This document shows positions 49,018-58,971 of a DNA stretch of 64,000 nt, one piece after another. Numbering within the stretch: position 1 is the stretch's first letter; the number at the start of each line of letters is the position of its first letter. The stretch is from Candidatus Electryonea clarkiae (GTDB lineage Bacteria > Electryoneota > Electryoneia > Electryoneales > Electryoneaceae): positions 55,835 through 119,834 of the forward strand of contig JAVCCM010000166.1 in NCBI GenBank assembly GCA_030765455.1. The letters run 5' to 3'. Below the pieces are notes generated by a model. That model saw only the letters and a list, made by a program, of their open reading frames with translations. It was not told the origin of the DNA and made no database searches. The translations under genes were made by a program, and so were the position numbers.

Positions 49018-51696
49018 TTACCTCGAGAGGACTACTTTTCGAATTTCATTCATTTTACCCGGTACTGTCGCGCGGATGAAATATATTCCACTTGACAAGT
49101 GTGAGCCGTCAAAAGAAATTCGATGGTATCCTTCCGTGTAATTGTCGTTAGTAAGAATTGCAATTTCTCTCCCCAGAATATCATAAGCTGAGACTGTCAA
49201 TCTTGATGAGAATGGCAATCCTACCATGATTGAAACGGTCGGATTGAAAGGATTGGGATATACGGATGCTATCGAAAACTCGGTCGGGATTCCAATGAAA
49301 GCGTTCTCTTCAACACCTGTAATGTCTAACAGGAACGTGAAGCGTTCCATAGATTCTACTTCATCACCGCTTGATAGAGCTACCACCCACCATTCAGCAG
49401 TAAGAACTCCCTCCAAACCTTCTATTTCGAGTTCATCAGATAAGCTAATCGTTCTTTCCAGGTTGTCGTTAACCGCCATATTGATAGTCGTGTCCAGATC
49501 AGCAACAGTCACATAAATAAAAAGTGAATATTCTGCAGCCTGTTCCGGATCAGGATCAACCGCCTCATCCCAGGTAAAAGCGATTTCGAACGGTTCCTCT
49601 ATATCCAGGGTCGCTTCATTTTCGGGTGTCAGAAGGGCGAAATCATTTGGCGGCTCCGGATAATTAGTCTGGAAACTGCGTGAATTTGCCCAAGCGCCTT
49701 CTGTGTTTGTGTCCTGTGCATGAACGTTCCAATAATACTGGGTGTCATCATCGAGACCTGTATATTCAAGGAATGTATCTGCTCCTGCCTCTTCGATAAG
49801 AGAATCAGATAAATCCTCATTGACCGATAAGTACCAGGTATATGTTATCTCGTCACCTGGATCGGGATCGACTGCGGGATACCATGTGAAAGTCCAGTTG
49901 AGAGTATCAATCTCAACACCGTCTGACGGTCTTGACAACCTTAATCCATCAGGCGGATCGAAGAGGTAAACGCCAAAAGACCAGCCTGCATCAGGTGAAG
50001 ACCAGATACCAACAGTAAAACCGTCATTGGCGCGTACTTTCCAGTAAACAGTAACATCATCGTCAAATTCATCGAGTTCTTCAGATGTCAGGCGTTCACG
50101 TTGCCGGTCGATCAATACCAGCAGTTCATCCTCGTCAAATGTGTATTCGATTGTGTCGATGTCGGTTACTGAGTCCGCTTCCGCAAAATCTTCTTCAAGA
50201 GCGTAATAGAGGACGTAGCTTAACGAGTCTTCATCAGGATCTTCAGCCGGATCCCACTCTAAAGTAGGTGAAGCTGTATTAACCTCGGCTCCATCCTCGG
50301 GAGAGACTAAATCGAATGTCTCAGGCGGGTTTTGATGTATCACACTAAGATCGTCAAAATAGATATGCCACTCATCGGCAGTGTAAAGAATAGAGGTGGA
50401 AGTAAATTCTATTCTAACCTGGATTGTCTCACCCTGATAAGCGGTCAGGTCCCATAGTTCTTCCCATTCCGTACTGAACCATTCCCAATCCTCCGGAACA
50501 TCATCATATACTTCATCCTCACCATCCTCTCCGTATGGATTAGAGGCATAATACCATTCATCGGTGTCGGATGGTTTCACATGCATAGTCCAGTATGCAT
50601 CATCGTTTGCATGTTCCCATACACCGTTGACCATTACATCAAGATACGTAAGACCCTCATCGTAATCTGTCAGGTCTATATCTTCCGTATATGTGGCATA
50701 ACGTGAAAATTCACGAGGTATATTATATATTCCTGAAACTAAATCACCTGACGGTGCGTCTTCGATTGCATGTAATGAGAATGCAGGGTAACGACCGCTA
50801 AACATCACGAATTCACCGCCGGTGTTATTCCCATCAGCATCATCGGCGAAGTATATTTCATTACGTTCGCTCAGCTCGATGTTATCAAGCTGGAATCCTG
50901 TCCAAGAGGCGTCTCCAAGACCATCGTTAGTGGATGATGCCTGGTCGGAGGCGAAACAGAATGCGATCCTGACCATATTCCCGCCGGCGTAGTCCGACAT
51001 GTCCATAGTTACCGCAGACCATTCATCAATCAGAATATCACCCCAACCGGGGACATTATCGCCTATTCCCCAACCTTCTTCAAGAGTATCACTAAATGCA
51101 AAACCGGCATCGAAATTGTATTCAGGTCCGGTTGCAGGTATGAGTACATCCCATGTCTGCCCGGCATCACCCGAAGCCCAGACATTGGCACCGTCCCAGC
51201 CATCATAATGACCTATAGGTGACAAAACTTCAACCATTACACGGCAATCGAATGAAAGCACCGGACTTTCACTGTCCCCCAGGTCGATTAATGGTGAGAC
51301 CAGATAATGCAGCCAATGATTGTCATAACCACCGTTAACACCGGCATCTGGATCGTAACAGCGCCAGTTGTCGCCATTAAGCTGCGAATAATCTGAGGTT
51401 TGCCAGTAAATATCACTGGCATCGGAAATGACCCATTCCATACCGATATTTTCAAAATCTTCTTGCCAGACGAGTTCGTCAAGTTCACCATCATCGAGTT
51501 CATGATTTTTATTTACTCGAGATTCAGAGGAATGTTTTATCGGCACACGGTTCAATTCAGTGTTTTTGGCTGAAGACTGAGAATTGCTCCCCAGGTTTGT
51601 TTTATCAAGAGGTCGGGCGAAAGCGCCCGCTGAAATAATGCAAACTGCTAATAATCCAAGCATAGCAAGCTGCACAAGACGAGTTACCTTATTCAT
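49018..51696 (-). CDS. T9SS-sorted large secreted protein, paralog B1 (FN3-like repeats plus T9SS CTD)
   Basis: RBS AAAGGAG and signal peptide. Approx. 60% identical to 54124-56829 overall. FN3-like SPTLEWDPAEDPD. CTD YPNPFNPTVSIMVGLP...GIYFIRATVPGKMNEIRKVVLSR. Confidence 0.8.
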   Translation of the reverse strand: MNKVTRLVQLAMLGLLAVCIISAGAFARPLDKTNLGSNSQSSAKNTELNRVPIKHSSESRVNKNHELDDGELDELVWQEDFENIGMEWVISDASDIYWQTSDYSQLNGDNWRCYDPDAGVNGGYDNHWLHYLVSPLIDLGDSESPVLSFDCRVMVEVLSPIGHYDGWDGANVWASGDAGQTWDVLIPATGPEYNFDAGFAFSDTLEEGWGIGDNVPGWGDILIDEWSAVTMDMSDYAGGNMVRIAFCFASDQASSTNDGLGDASWTGFQLDNIELSERNEIYFADDADGNNTGGEFVMFSGRYPAFSLHAIEDAPSGDLVSGIYNIPREFSRYATYTEDIDLTDYDEGLTYLDVMVNGVWEHANDDAYWTMHVKPSDTDEWYYASNPYGEDGEDEVYDDVPEDWEWFSTEWEELWDLTAYQGETIQVRIEFTSTSILYTADEWHIYFDDLSVIHQNPPETFDLVSPEDGAEVNTASPTLEWDPAEDPDEDSLSYVLYYALEEDFAEADSVTDIDTIEYTFDEDELLVLIDRQRERLTSEELDEFDDDVTVYWKVRANDGFTVGIWSSPDAGWSFGVYLFDPPDGLRLSRPSDGVEIDTLNWTFTWYPAVDPDPGDEITYTWYLSVNEDLSDSLIEEAGADTFLEYTGLDDDTQYYWNVHAQDTNTEGAWANSRSFQTNYPEPPNDFALLTPENEATLDIEEPFEIAFTWDEAVDPDPEQAAEYSLFIYVTVADLDTTINMAVNDNLERTISLSDELEIEGLEGVLTAEWWVVALSSGDEVESMERFTFLLDITGVEENAFIGIPTEFSIASVYPNPFNPTVSIMVGLPFSSRLTVSAYDILGREIAILTNDNYTEGYHRISFDGSHLSSGIYFIRATVPGKMNEIRKVVLSR

Positions 51697-51971
51697 TTTC
51701 GGCTCCTTTTTGAATAATGTAAATTCTTATGTATAAAATATGTGGTTTATCTGTGTGATCTCTATTTGAGCTAATTCCTTATCAATTCCACGTCATTACA
51801 AGCAAAGCGAAGCAATCCCATAAAACATATATCTGGTGTATCATTAAAGCTAAGGGCAGACGTGTGTTGTTTCAAGAGAAATGGTAAAATAAAGGTATTT
51901 GTTTTGTTTCCGGTATTACAGACAGTTTTTGCTCTCTGCGGGAATATTTACTAATGGTTCATTGTACATAA

Positions 51972-52069
51972 TTTGCTGAGTAGCTCACTTTCGCCGAAAG
52001 TGAGTCGTTTGCACGGAAATCGTTGGTACAGTTGGACTCACTTTCGGCGAAAGTGAGCTACTCAGCAAA
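51972..52069. repeat. 98-nt nested perfect inverted repeat (35-nt arms, 28-nt spacer; each arm holds the internal palindrome ctcactttcgccgaaagtgag)
   Basis: tttgctgagtagctcactttcgccgaaagtgagtc at 51972-52006 is the exact reverse complement of 52035-52069. Confidence 0.8.
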
Positions 52070-52090
52070 ACAATACAACTGCTATCAAAC

Positions 52091-52121
52091 AGAAACGCCC
52101 GGTGATAATCCGGGCGTTTCT
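52091..52121 (-). terminator. terminator hairpin agaaacgcccgg-N7-ccgggcgtttct after the FG-GAP gene stop
   Basis: 12-bp stem 25 nt past the stop at 52147. The minus strand reads GTTTCTGTTTG after the stem. Confidence 0.5.
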
Positions 52122-52146
52122 ACTCCTACAGCTACATAAAAAATAA

Positions 52147-53973
52147 CTATCTTGCAAGTACTACTTTTTTTATCTCGTTCATTTGTCCGGGTACAGTTGC
52201 ACGGATGAAATAAATCCCGCTTGACAGATGCGAACCGTCAAAAGTGATCCGGTGATAGCCTTCGGTGAAATTATCATCAGCCAGAACAGCAACTTCACGT
52301 CCCAACACATCAAATGCAATAACATTAAGTTTGGATTTATGTGGAAGCCCAATCATTATTGAAACCACCGGATTAAATGGGTTAGGGTATAACGAAGAAA
52401 TCTCCCATTCTTCCGGGATGCCGTCATAAGGATGTTCATCGACACTTACATCCTCGGGGATGAAGATGGAGAATGGTTGTTCGCATTCGACTGTATCCCC
52501 TTCGGAGATTGCTCCGACCTTCCAATTTATTCGTAAAAAATTGTCTTCCCACTCCTCAAAATCGAAAAATTCACGTAAATTCTCCTGCCAACCGTTTGAG
52601 TCTATAACCTGTTGTACATGTTCGATCAACGTGTCATCTCCATGGTGATACAGGTCGAGTTCGAACAGGTAATACATCACTTCCGCCAATGAATCTGCAT
52701 CTGACGATTCTTCCCAACTAAAAGACGTTTCCTGGAGTTGTTCCGCGCTGTAAGATTCCCTGTTGCGAGGCTCGAGCAAAACAAAATCATTTGGCTGGTG
52801 ATCGTTCGGACTGCAAAGGTAATAATTAATAAAATTATGTCGATTGCAATTGTTTACTAGATCCATATACCCATCTTCGTTTAAATCTCCTGCAGTGATT
52901 TTACTTCTATAATCATAAACAGTATCAATTACATGAAAAGTAAAGTCTTGCAAACCGTCATTCTCATACCAAAAGAGGTACAATGAGAATTCATAATTAA
53001 ATCTGCTTTCGAGTTGACCGAAAATATCTAAATCACCATCGGAATCAATATCGATAAGTGTTGTAGCTCCCGGATTCTCTTCATCCTCAAAAGTCGTGAT
53101 AATATTCTCTTCGAATTGTTGCTCTCCATCATTCTCCCACCAGGAAAAATGAACCTGGTCATTGTATTGTCCTACAACGAAATCCAGATCGCCATCGTTG
53201 TCGATATCCCCCGTATCGAAATCCCAACAGGGCTGCCAATAGACCGAACTATCGATAAAATTTCCATTATCAAGATTTTCATAATAAAATAGATAGCCAA
53301 ATCCAAGTGAAACTTCTGCGAAGATATCCAAATCGTTGTCGTTATCGATATCTACAAGATCAACATTTTTACACCTACTACCTTCACCATATTCAATTAC
53401 ATTATTAACAAAATCGAATTCCATATTTCTGTTTTCCAGCCAGGTAATGAGATAATATCTCCTATCTATGACATTCCTTCCGGCTAATAGAATATCCTTG
53501 TCTCCATCGTTGTCAATATCACCGACCTCAATATCATCACAGTAGCTGAAACTATACCTTAATATTTCTGTAAACTCATTATTGCCGCTGTTTAGTAAAA
53601 TATAAACAGAATCATACCGACCTTGTTCCAATACTAGATCAAAATCTTCATCTCCATCCAAATCTTCAAACTTAAACACAATTACACAATCGGGGACTGC
53701 TTCAATATTATATTCTTCAAACTGACATGCGCCCGTGTTTTCGAACCAATGCATGTAATTAGCGAATCCTCCACTGACAACAACATCAGAATCTCCATCG
53801 GCATCATAATCAAGGATTCTTACATAAGAAGGACCCTCTAAAGCATCATTCAGAGCATGCTTATGAAACCATGGGGTTGCCAGACAAGTAGGGATAGTAA
53901 GGATACAAATAAGTAATAAAATTACCCAACCTGTGAAAGTATAAAAGATACGGCTGTCTTGATGTTCGGACAT
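52147..53973 (-). CDS. T9SS-sorted FG-GAP/VCBS-repeat protein
   Basis: Repeated DxDxDGDxD motifs (DIDNDGDKD, DIDNDNDLD, DIDNDGDLD, DIDSDGDLD) with FG-GAP-like spacing. CTD nearly identical to B1 and B2 (YPNPFNPVVSIMIGLP...GIYFIRATVPGQMNEIKKVVLAR). Start at ATG 53973 (MSEHQD...TM) rather than GTG 54012. Confidence 0.75.
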   Translation of the reverse strand: MSEHQDSRIFYTFTGWVILLLICILTIPTCLATPWFHKHALNDALEGPSYVRILDYDADGDSDVVVSGGFANYMHWFENTGACQFEEYNIEAVPDCVIVFKFEDLDGDEDFDLVLEQGRYDSVYILLNSGNNEFTEILRYSFSYCDDIEVGDIDNDGDKDILLAGRNVIDRRYYLITWLENRNMEFDFVNNVIEYGEGSRCKNVDLVDIDNDNDLDIFAEVSLGFGYLFYYENLDNGNFIDSSVYWQPCWDFDTGDIDNDGDLDFVVGQYNDQVHFSWWENDGEQQFEENIITTFEDEENPGATTLIDIDSDGDLDIFGQLESRFNYEFSLYLFWYENDGLQDFTFHVIDTVYDYRSKITAGDLNEDGYMDLVNNCNRHNFINYYLCSPNDHQPNDFVLLEPRNRESYSAEQLQETSFSWEESSDADSLAEVMYYLFELDLYHHGDDTLIEHVQQVIDSNGWQENLREFFDFEEWEDNFLRINWKVGAISEGDTVECEQPFSIFIPEDVSVDEHPYDGIPEEWEISSLYPNPFNPVVSIMIGLPHKSKLNVIAFDVLGREVAVLADDNFTEGYHRITFDGSHLSSGIYFIRATVPGQMNEIKKVVLAR

Positions 53974-54077
53974 ATAAACCACCCGATATTCGGAAATTGT
54001 GATTTGCTCCACTAATACATATCTGCGGCTTAATCTTGACGATTAAGCCGCTGGTTTAATAAGCACTAATATCCAAT

Positions 54078-54108
54078 AATAATGCCCGGGAGGAAACCGG
54101 GCATTATT
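54078..54108 (-). terminator. terminator hairpin aataatgcccgg-N7-ccgggcattatt after the paralog B2 stop
   Basis: 12-bp stem 16 nt beyond the stop at 54124. Same GC core (atgcccgg/ccgggcat) as the hairpin at 48971. Confidence 0.5.
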
Positions 54109-54123
54109 GATGATAATCTTTTG

Positions 54124-56829
54124 TTATCTTGCAAGAACTACTTTTTTTATCTCATTCATTTTTCCGGGTACAGTTGCACGGATGAAATAAATCCCGCTTG
54201 ACAGATGCGAACCGTCAAAAGTGATCCGGTGATAGCCTTCGGTGAAATTATTGTCAGCCAGGACAGCAATTTCACGTCCCAACACATCAAATGCTGTAAC
54301 ATTCAGATTTGATGTAAATGGTAGTCCCACCATAACTGAAACTACCGGGTTGAATGGATTGGGATACACTGAAGCGACAGAAAATTCAGTCGGAATACCT
54401 GTAAATGCATTTTCTTCTATACCTGTCGAATTCACAGTAAAAGTGAATCGTTCCTGGCATTCCACCTCATCGCCTCTCGATATTGCCACTACCCACCACT
54501 CGACAGACAACATAGTTTCCCAGCCTTCTACCTCCAGTTCACGCGGAAGGTTGACAGTTCTCTGCAGGTTGTCATTTACCGGGATACTGATTGTAGTATC
54601 GAGATCACCAACTGTCGCATGAAAATACAACACATATTCCACCATCTGGTTAGGATCAGGATCAGTTGATTCTTCCCAGGATAACTGGACATCGAACGGT
54701 TCTTCAAGTGTTAAGGCAGCTCCGTTCTCAGGTTCAAGAAGAGAAAAATCAGTTGGAGGATCAGGGAAGCTTGTGTTGAAACCATATATATCAGAAAATA
54801 ATCCTTCAGTATTTGTGTCCTGTGCGTGAACAGCCCAGAAATACTCCGAGTCATCCTGAAATTCGGCATAGGTGAAAAATGTATCGGTTCCAGTCTCTGC
54901 CGTCAATGCATCGGTTAATTCCTCGTTAAATGCAAGGTACCAGGTATAGGTAATCTCATCTCCCGGATCTGGATCTTCAGAGGGTCGCCAGGTGAAGGTT
55001 ACTTCGCGTTCAACGACAGCATCATTATCACGTGGACTACTCAGCCTGAATTCGCCCGGTGGATCAAAGAGGTAAATGTCAAAAGACCATCCTTCAGCCG
55101 GTGTTGACCATGTGCCGAACGTATTATCATCCTGGGCGCGAACTTTCCAGTAAACAGTAATATCATCATCGAATTCATCAAGCTCCTGGGATTCTCTCCG
55201 CTCATCAGCACGTTCGATAAGCGATGCAGTAAGTTCTTCATCGAAAGTATATATTGCGAATTCTATTCCGGTCACTGAATCTGCATCCGCGAAATCAGCC
55301 TCTATTCCATAATAGATAACGTAGGTTATATCTCCTTCATCCGGATCGGTAGATTCTTCCCATTCAAGTGTGGGGGAAGCAGTGTTAAGCACCTCTTCAT
55401 CCTCCGGAGACATCAGGCTGAATTCTGTCGGAGGATCAGGTTGAAGTACAGTCAGATCATCAAAGAACAGGTAGCGATCAGTATCAACTGTCGGGTATAT
55501 GTTCGGTCCATAAATGACAAATCTTACCTGCAAGACTTCACCATGATAATCGGATAAATCCCACACTTCGTCAAATTCTACACTAAACCATTCCCACTCG
55601 TCGGGAGCTTCATCATATACATCATCATCTTCGCCTTCACCCCATGGATTGCTGGCATAATACCATTCTTCCTCATCAACCGGTTTAACCTGCATCGTCC
55701 ATGTGAATGGAGGATTGGTGTTGACATAAGTCCAATCACCTATCAGCATTACATCAAGGAGAGTTCGTCCGTCTTCAATCTCACTCAGATCTATTTCGCC
55801 GGTATATTCAATCACCTGTCCAAAGTTTTGTGACCAGTTTTCCATACCAATTTTATATTCCGGTGAGGGAGCGTTTTCATCCTCGTCTAAACCCCAGATA
55901 ATGTAATTCCCGCTGTACATGCTGAAATCTCCGCCAACATTGTTGCCGTCTGCATCATCTGAAAAGAGTACATTAACGCCGTCAAGTACTTCAATATTAT
56001 CCAATTGGAAGCCTGTCCAGTCAGCATATAGTCCCCCCTCACCGGTAGATGCAGCGAGGTCTGATGCAAATCCAAAGGCTATCATAACCTCTTCTTCGCC
56101 TTCATAATCCGTGAGACTCATTTCTACATGAGCCCATTCAGCAAATAGTTCGGGATCGCCCCAGGCAGGAATACCAAATCCCATTCCCCATCCCTGTCCA
56201 TCAGTATATCTACCGAATGCAAAGCAACTGTCCATATTGTATTCCGGGCCCTCATCAGGGTACAGAGACTCCCAGGATATACCACCGTCACCAGATACCC
56301 ATACGGCTGCACCATCCCAGCCATCAAAATCGGGAAAGGGTTCTGCTGGTGGTTCACAAACGAGACGCATATCAAATTCGAGCATCCCGATTTCAGCTTC
56401 GGTAAGATCAATAACGGGCGTGACCATCCACTGCAGCCAGTGATTGTGATAACCTCCGTTGTTGCCGAGATCCTCGTCAAAGCATCTCCAGTTGTCACCG
56501 TCCAATGACTCCCAATCAGAGGTTTGCCAATGTGTTATCCCGGTACAGTCTGTGCCGGCAAATACCCATTCCCTAAGACCGTTTTCCCAGTCTTCTTGCC
56601 ATAAAATTTCATCTAACTCATTATTGCTGGGATTCAAATCAAATTGATTAATCGCCTGATTCTTTTCAGGAATACTGACGATTTTCACATCGTCGGGAAA
56701 TGGAGAAAGATTTTGTTCCTGCTGTTGAATTGGTTGAATTACCTCCCTGGCAAAAATTGGGAAGGAAAAGATAAGGGCTGAAAGAATCAGAAGTACGACG
56801 GCCCGGTTCACACCTGGATGATCATTCAT
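54124..56829 (-). CDS. T9SS-sorted large secreted protein, paralog B2
   Basis: RBS AAGGAG and signal peptide. Collinear with B1 (WQTSD...NGDNWRC, FN3-like STDPDEGDITYVIYY, WWVVA). CTD YPNPFNPVVSVMVGLP...GIYFIRATVPGKMNEIKKVVLAR. Confidence 0.8.
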   Translation of the reverse strand: MNDHPGVNRAVVLLILSALIFSFPIFAREVIQPIQQQEQNLSPFPDDVKIVSIPEKNQAINQFDLNPSNNELDEILWQEDWENGLREWVFAGTDCTGITHWQTSDWESLDGDNWRCFDEDLGNNGGYHNHWLQWMVTPVIDLTEAEIGMLEFDMRLVCEPPAEPFPDFDGWDGAAVWVSGDGGISWESLYPDEGPEYNMDSCFAFGRYTDGQGWGMGFGIPAWGDPELFAEWAHVEMSLTDYEGEEEVMIAFGFASDLAASTGEGGLYADWTGFQLDNIEVLDGVNVLFSDDADGNNVGGDFSMYSGNYIIWGLDEDENAPSPEYKIGMENWSQNFGQVIEYTGEIDLSEIEDGRTLLDVMLIGDWTYVNTNPPFTWTMQVKPVDEEEWYYASNPWGEGEDDDVYDEAPDEWEWFSVEFDEVWDLSDYHGEVLQVRFVIYGPNIYPTVDTDRYLFFDDLTVLQPDPPTEFSLMSPEDEEVLNTASPTLEWEESTDPDEGDITYVIYYGIEADFADADSVTGIEFAIYTFDEELTASLIERADERRESQELDEFDDDITVYWKVRAQDDNTFGTWSTPAEGWSFDIYLFDPPGEFRLSSPRDNDAVVEREVTFTWRPSEDPDPGDEITYTWYLAFNEELTDALTAETGTDTFFTYAEFQDDSEYFWAVHAQDTNTEGLFSDIYGFNTSFPDPPTDFSLLEPENGAALTLEEPFDVQLSWEESTDPDPNQMVEYVLYFHATVGDLDTTISIPVNDNLQRTVNLPRELEVEGWETMLSVEWWVVAISRGDEVECQERFTFTVNSTGIEENAFTGIPTEFSVASVYPNPFNPVVSVMVGLPFTSNLNVTAFDVLGREIAVLADNNFTEGYHRITFDGSHLSSGIYFIRATVPGKMNEIKKVVLAR

Positions 56830-57020
56830 TTTTGGCTCCTTGTTACAATCTAAGTGCGGTTCATTGCGGCAACGTTCTCTATGTATAACTTCTTTGTTAC
56901 ATCAATAATACTTTAAACTATATAAATGAAAAGCATTATTCAAGTATTCTCGCGAAAATTCATTGTTTTAATGCAAATGTTTTAATCAAATATCCTGCGA
57001 CTTTCTCATTGTGAACCGCT

Positions 57021-57983
57021 TCAGGGGCTTCTTATCAAATTGTCAAACGTATCAATATCTATGTTTCCACCCGATAATATTAAACCAATTCTTTTATTCT
57101 TGAATATGTTCGGTTTAGAGAGGATTGCACCCAATGTGATAGCTGCGGATGGTTCAACAATAATATCCAAATACTTCCGGATTATCTGCATGGCAGTAAT
57201 GATAAATTCGTCACTTACAAGCATTATCTCAGAAACAGTTCTCTGGATAACTGGAAATGTCCGGCTGCCAAGCGATGTCAACAAACCATCAGCAATAGTA
57301 TCCGGGTTTTCAGAGGGAATGATTTTTCCTGCCTTGAGTGATCGATAAGCGTCATCAGCGCCTTTTGGTTCCGCGCCGATTAATGTAGCTTGAGGAATTT
57401 TTTCTGACAGAGTAATTGCCGTACCACTAATCAGACCACCTCCTCCAACCGGAGATATGACAACATCCAGGTCAGTTATTGTTTTGCATAGTTCTAATGC
57501 AGCAGTGCCTTGCCCCGCAATCACATTGTAATTATTATACGGATGAACAAATGTTGCCCCGGTTTCATTAATAACTTCCTCACTTTTTTCTTCCCTGGCT
57601 TGCAGAGTAGGTTTACAGAAGATTATTTCTGCTTCATTATTCCTGACTGATTCTATTTTTATTTTTCTTGTGTTTTCGGGCATTATAACATAGGCTTTAA
57701 TACCTTGCGTTTTTGCAGCAAGCGAAAGAGCGCCGGCAAAATTTCCGGATGAATGCGTGACTACTCCATTTATTCTTTCATCATGCGCAAGGTTGAGGAT
57801 GGCGTTAGTTGCGCCCCGGATTTTGAAGGATCCCGATTTCTGGAAATTCTCGCATTTGAAAAACAGCTCGCCATTGTAAATGTCATTAATTTTATCAGAC
57901 GTGAGTACCGGAGTTTCGTTTATGAATGGATTAATTTTCCGGTGTGTATCCTGTATATCACTGAATGTTGGTTCATGAATCAT
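57021..57983 (-). CDS. PLP-dependent serine/threonine dehydratase (threonine ammonia-lyase-like, no regulatory domain)
   Basis: PLP-lysine motif FKCENFQKSGSFKIRGA, Gly-rich PLP-phosphate loop SPVGGGGLISG, 320 aa. Confidence 0.8.
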   Translation of the reverse strand: MIHEPTFSDIQDTHRKINPFINETPVLTSDKINDIYNGELFFKCENFQKSGSFKIRGATNAILNLAHDERINGVVTHSSGNFAGALSLAAKTQGIKAYVIMPENTRKIKIESVRNNEAEIIFCKPTLQAREEKSEEVINETGATFVHPYNNYNVIAGQGTAALELCKTITDLDVVISPVGGGGLISGTAITLSEKIPQATLIGAEPKGADDAYRSLKAGKIIPSENPDTIADGLLTSLGSRTFPVIQRTVSEIMLVSDEFIITAMQIIRKYLDIIVEPSAAITLGAILSKPNIFKNKRIGLILSGGNIDIDTFDNLIRSP

Positions 57984-58173
57984 TTACATTTCCTGTTCCG
58001 TCTGTATTCCCAAAATTTAATGGATAAATTTTGTTTTGATAATATCGTTATTTTCTACTCTGCATAGTCAAGTAAAGATTTGCCTTCAGTTAGTCAAATC
58101 TCTTACTTTTACCTACAGTTCCATCATGCAATAGATATCATTATTTGAAGAAATATTATATTTCTCAGCAACT

Positions 58174-58261
<88 letters not shown>

Positions 58262-58397
58262 AAACGGGTTGTGAATCTCAGACGAGAGCATAACCCGTTG
58301 TTATTCTAAACATAATGCCTTATAATTACAAAGGATTGAAAAAAGTATTGTTCCCCGCCTTTATCATTATCCGGCAATGGAAAACAAGGAGGCTGCC

Positions 58398-58835
58398 ATG
58401 ACAATTACAATAAATCGCATACCTTTAGTCCCGGTTCTAAAAATAGGGTTCATGATATATTTTCTTATGGCATTTATCGGGCTGCTGCTTTATTCCACGA
58501 TTATTTTAAGTGTTATCGGCACAATCGGCAGTTTGATTGGAGGGTTAAATCTGCCGATGGCTATGCCGGGCGGCGGTTCTATGATCTTCATTGGTCTATT
58601 TGGCGCAATTTTTATAGCAATAATTTACACTATTCTTACAATGATAGTGGTTCTGATTTATAATGCTGCTTCTTCGTTTGCAGGAGGTATTGAAGTAGAT
58701 GTGGAATCGTCGGAGATGGATTCCTTGCGGGAACGAGTAAATTCACTACATTCGGATATGATTGAGCTGCAGAATCAAAACACTGGGTTGATCACTCCTG
58801 AAGAGGATAATGAGACTGTTTCAGAGTCTCAATAG
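58398..58835 (+). CDS. hypothetical small membrane protein (two to three TM helices plus a C-terminal acidic/coiled tail)
   Basis: The ATG at 58398 is preceded by AAGGAGG with 6-nt spacing. Hydrophobic segments IGFMIYFLMAFIGLLLYSTIILSVIG and IFIGLFGAIFIAIIYTILTMIVVLIY. Confidence 0.5.
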   Translation: MTITINRIPLVPVLKIGFMIYFLMAFIGLLLYSTIILSVIGTIGSLIGGLNLPMAMPGGGSMIFIGLFGAIFIAIIYTILTMIVVLIYNAASSFAGGIEVDVESSEMDSLRERVNSLHSDMIELQNQNTGLITPEEDNETVSESQ

Positions 58836-58971
58836 AGTTGTTATAATCATAAATAGAAATAATTAAAATTACACAAACTAATCAATCTCTAACGCATCAT
58901 AATTGGTTAAATAACTGGTATAATATTAAGTCTTAACATAGTTGCATTCAACCAGACAGGAACATTTTACC

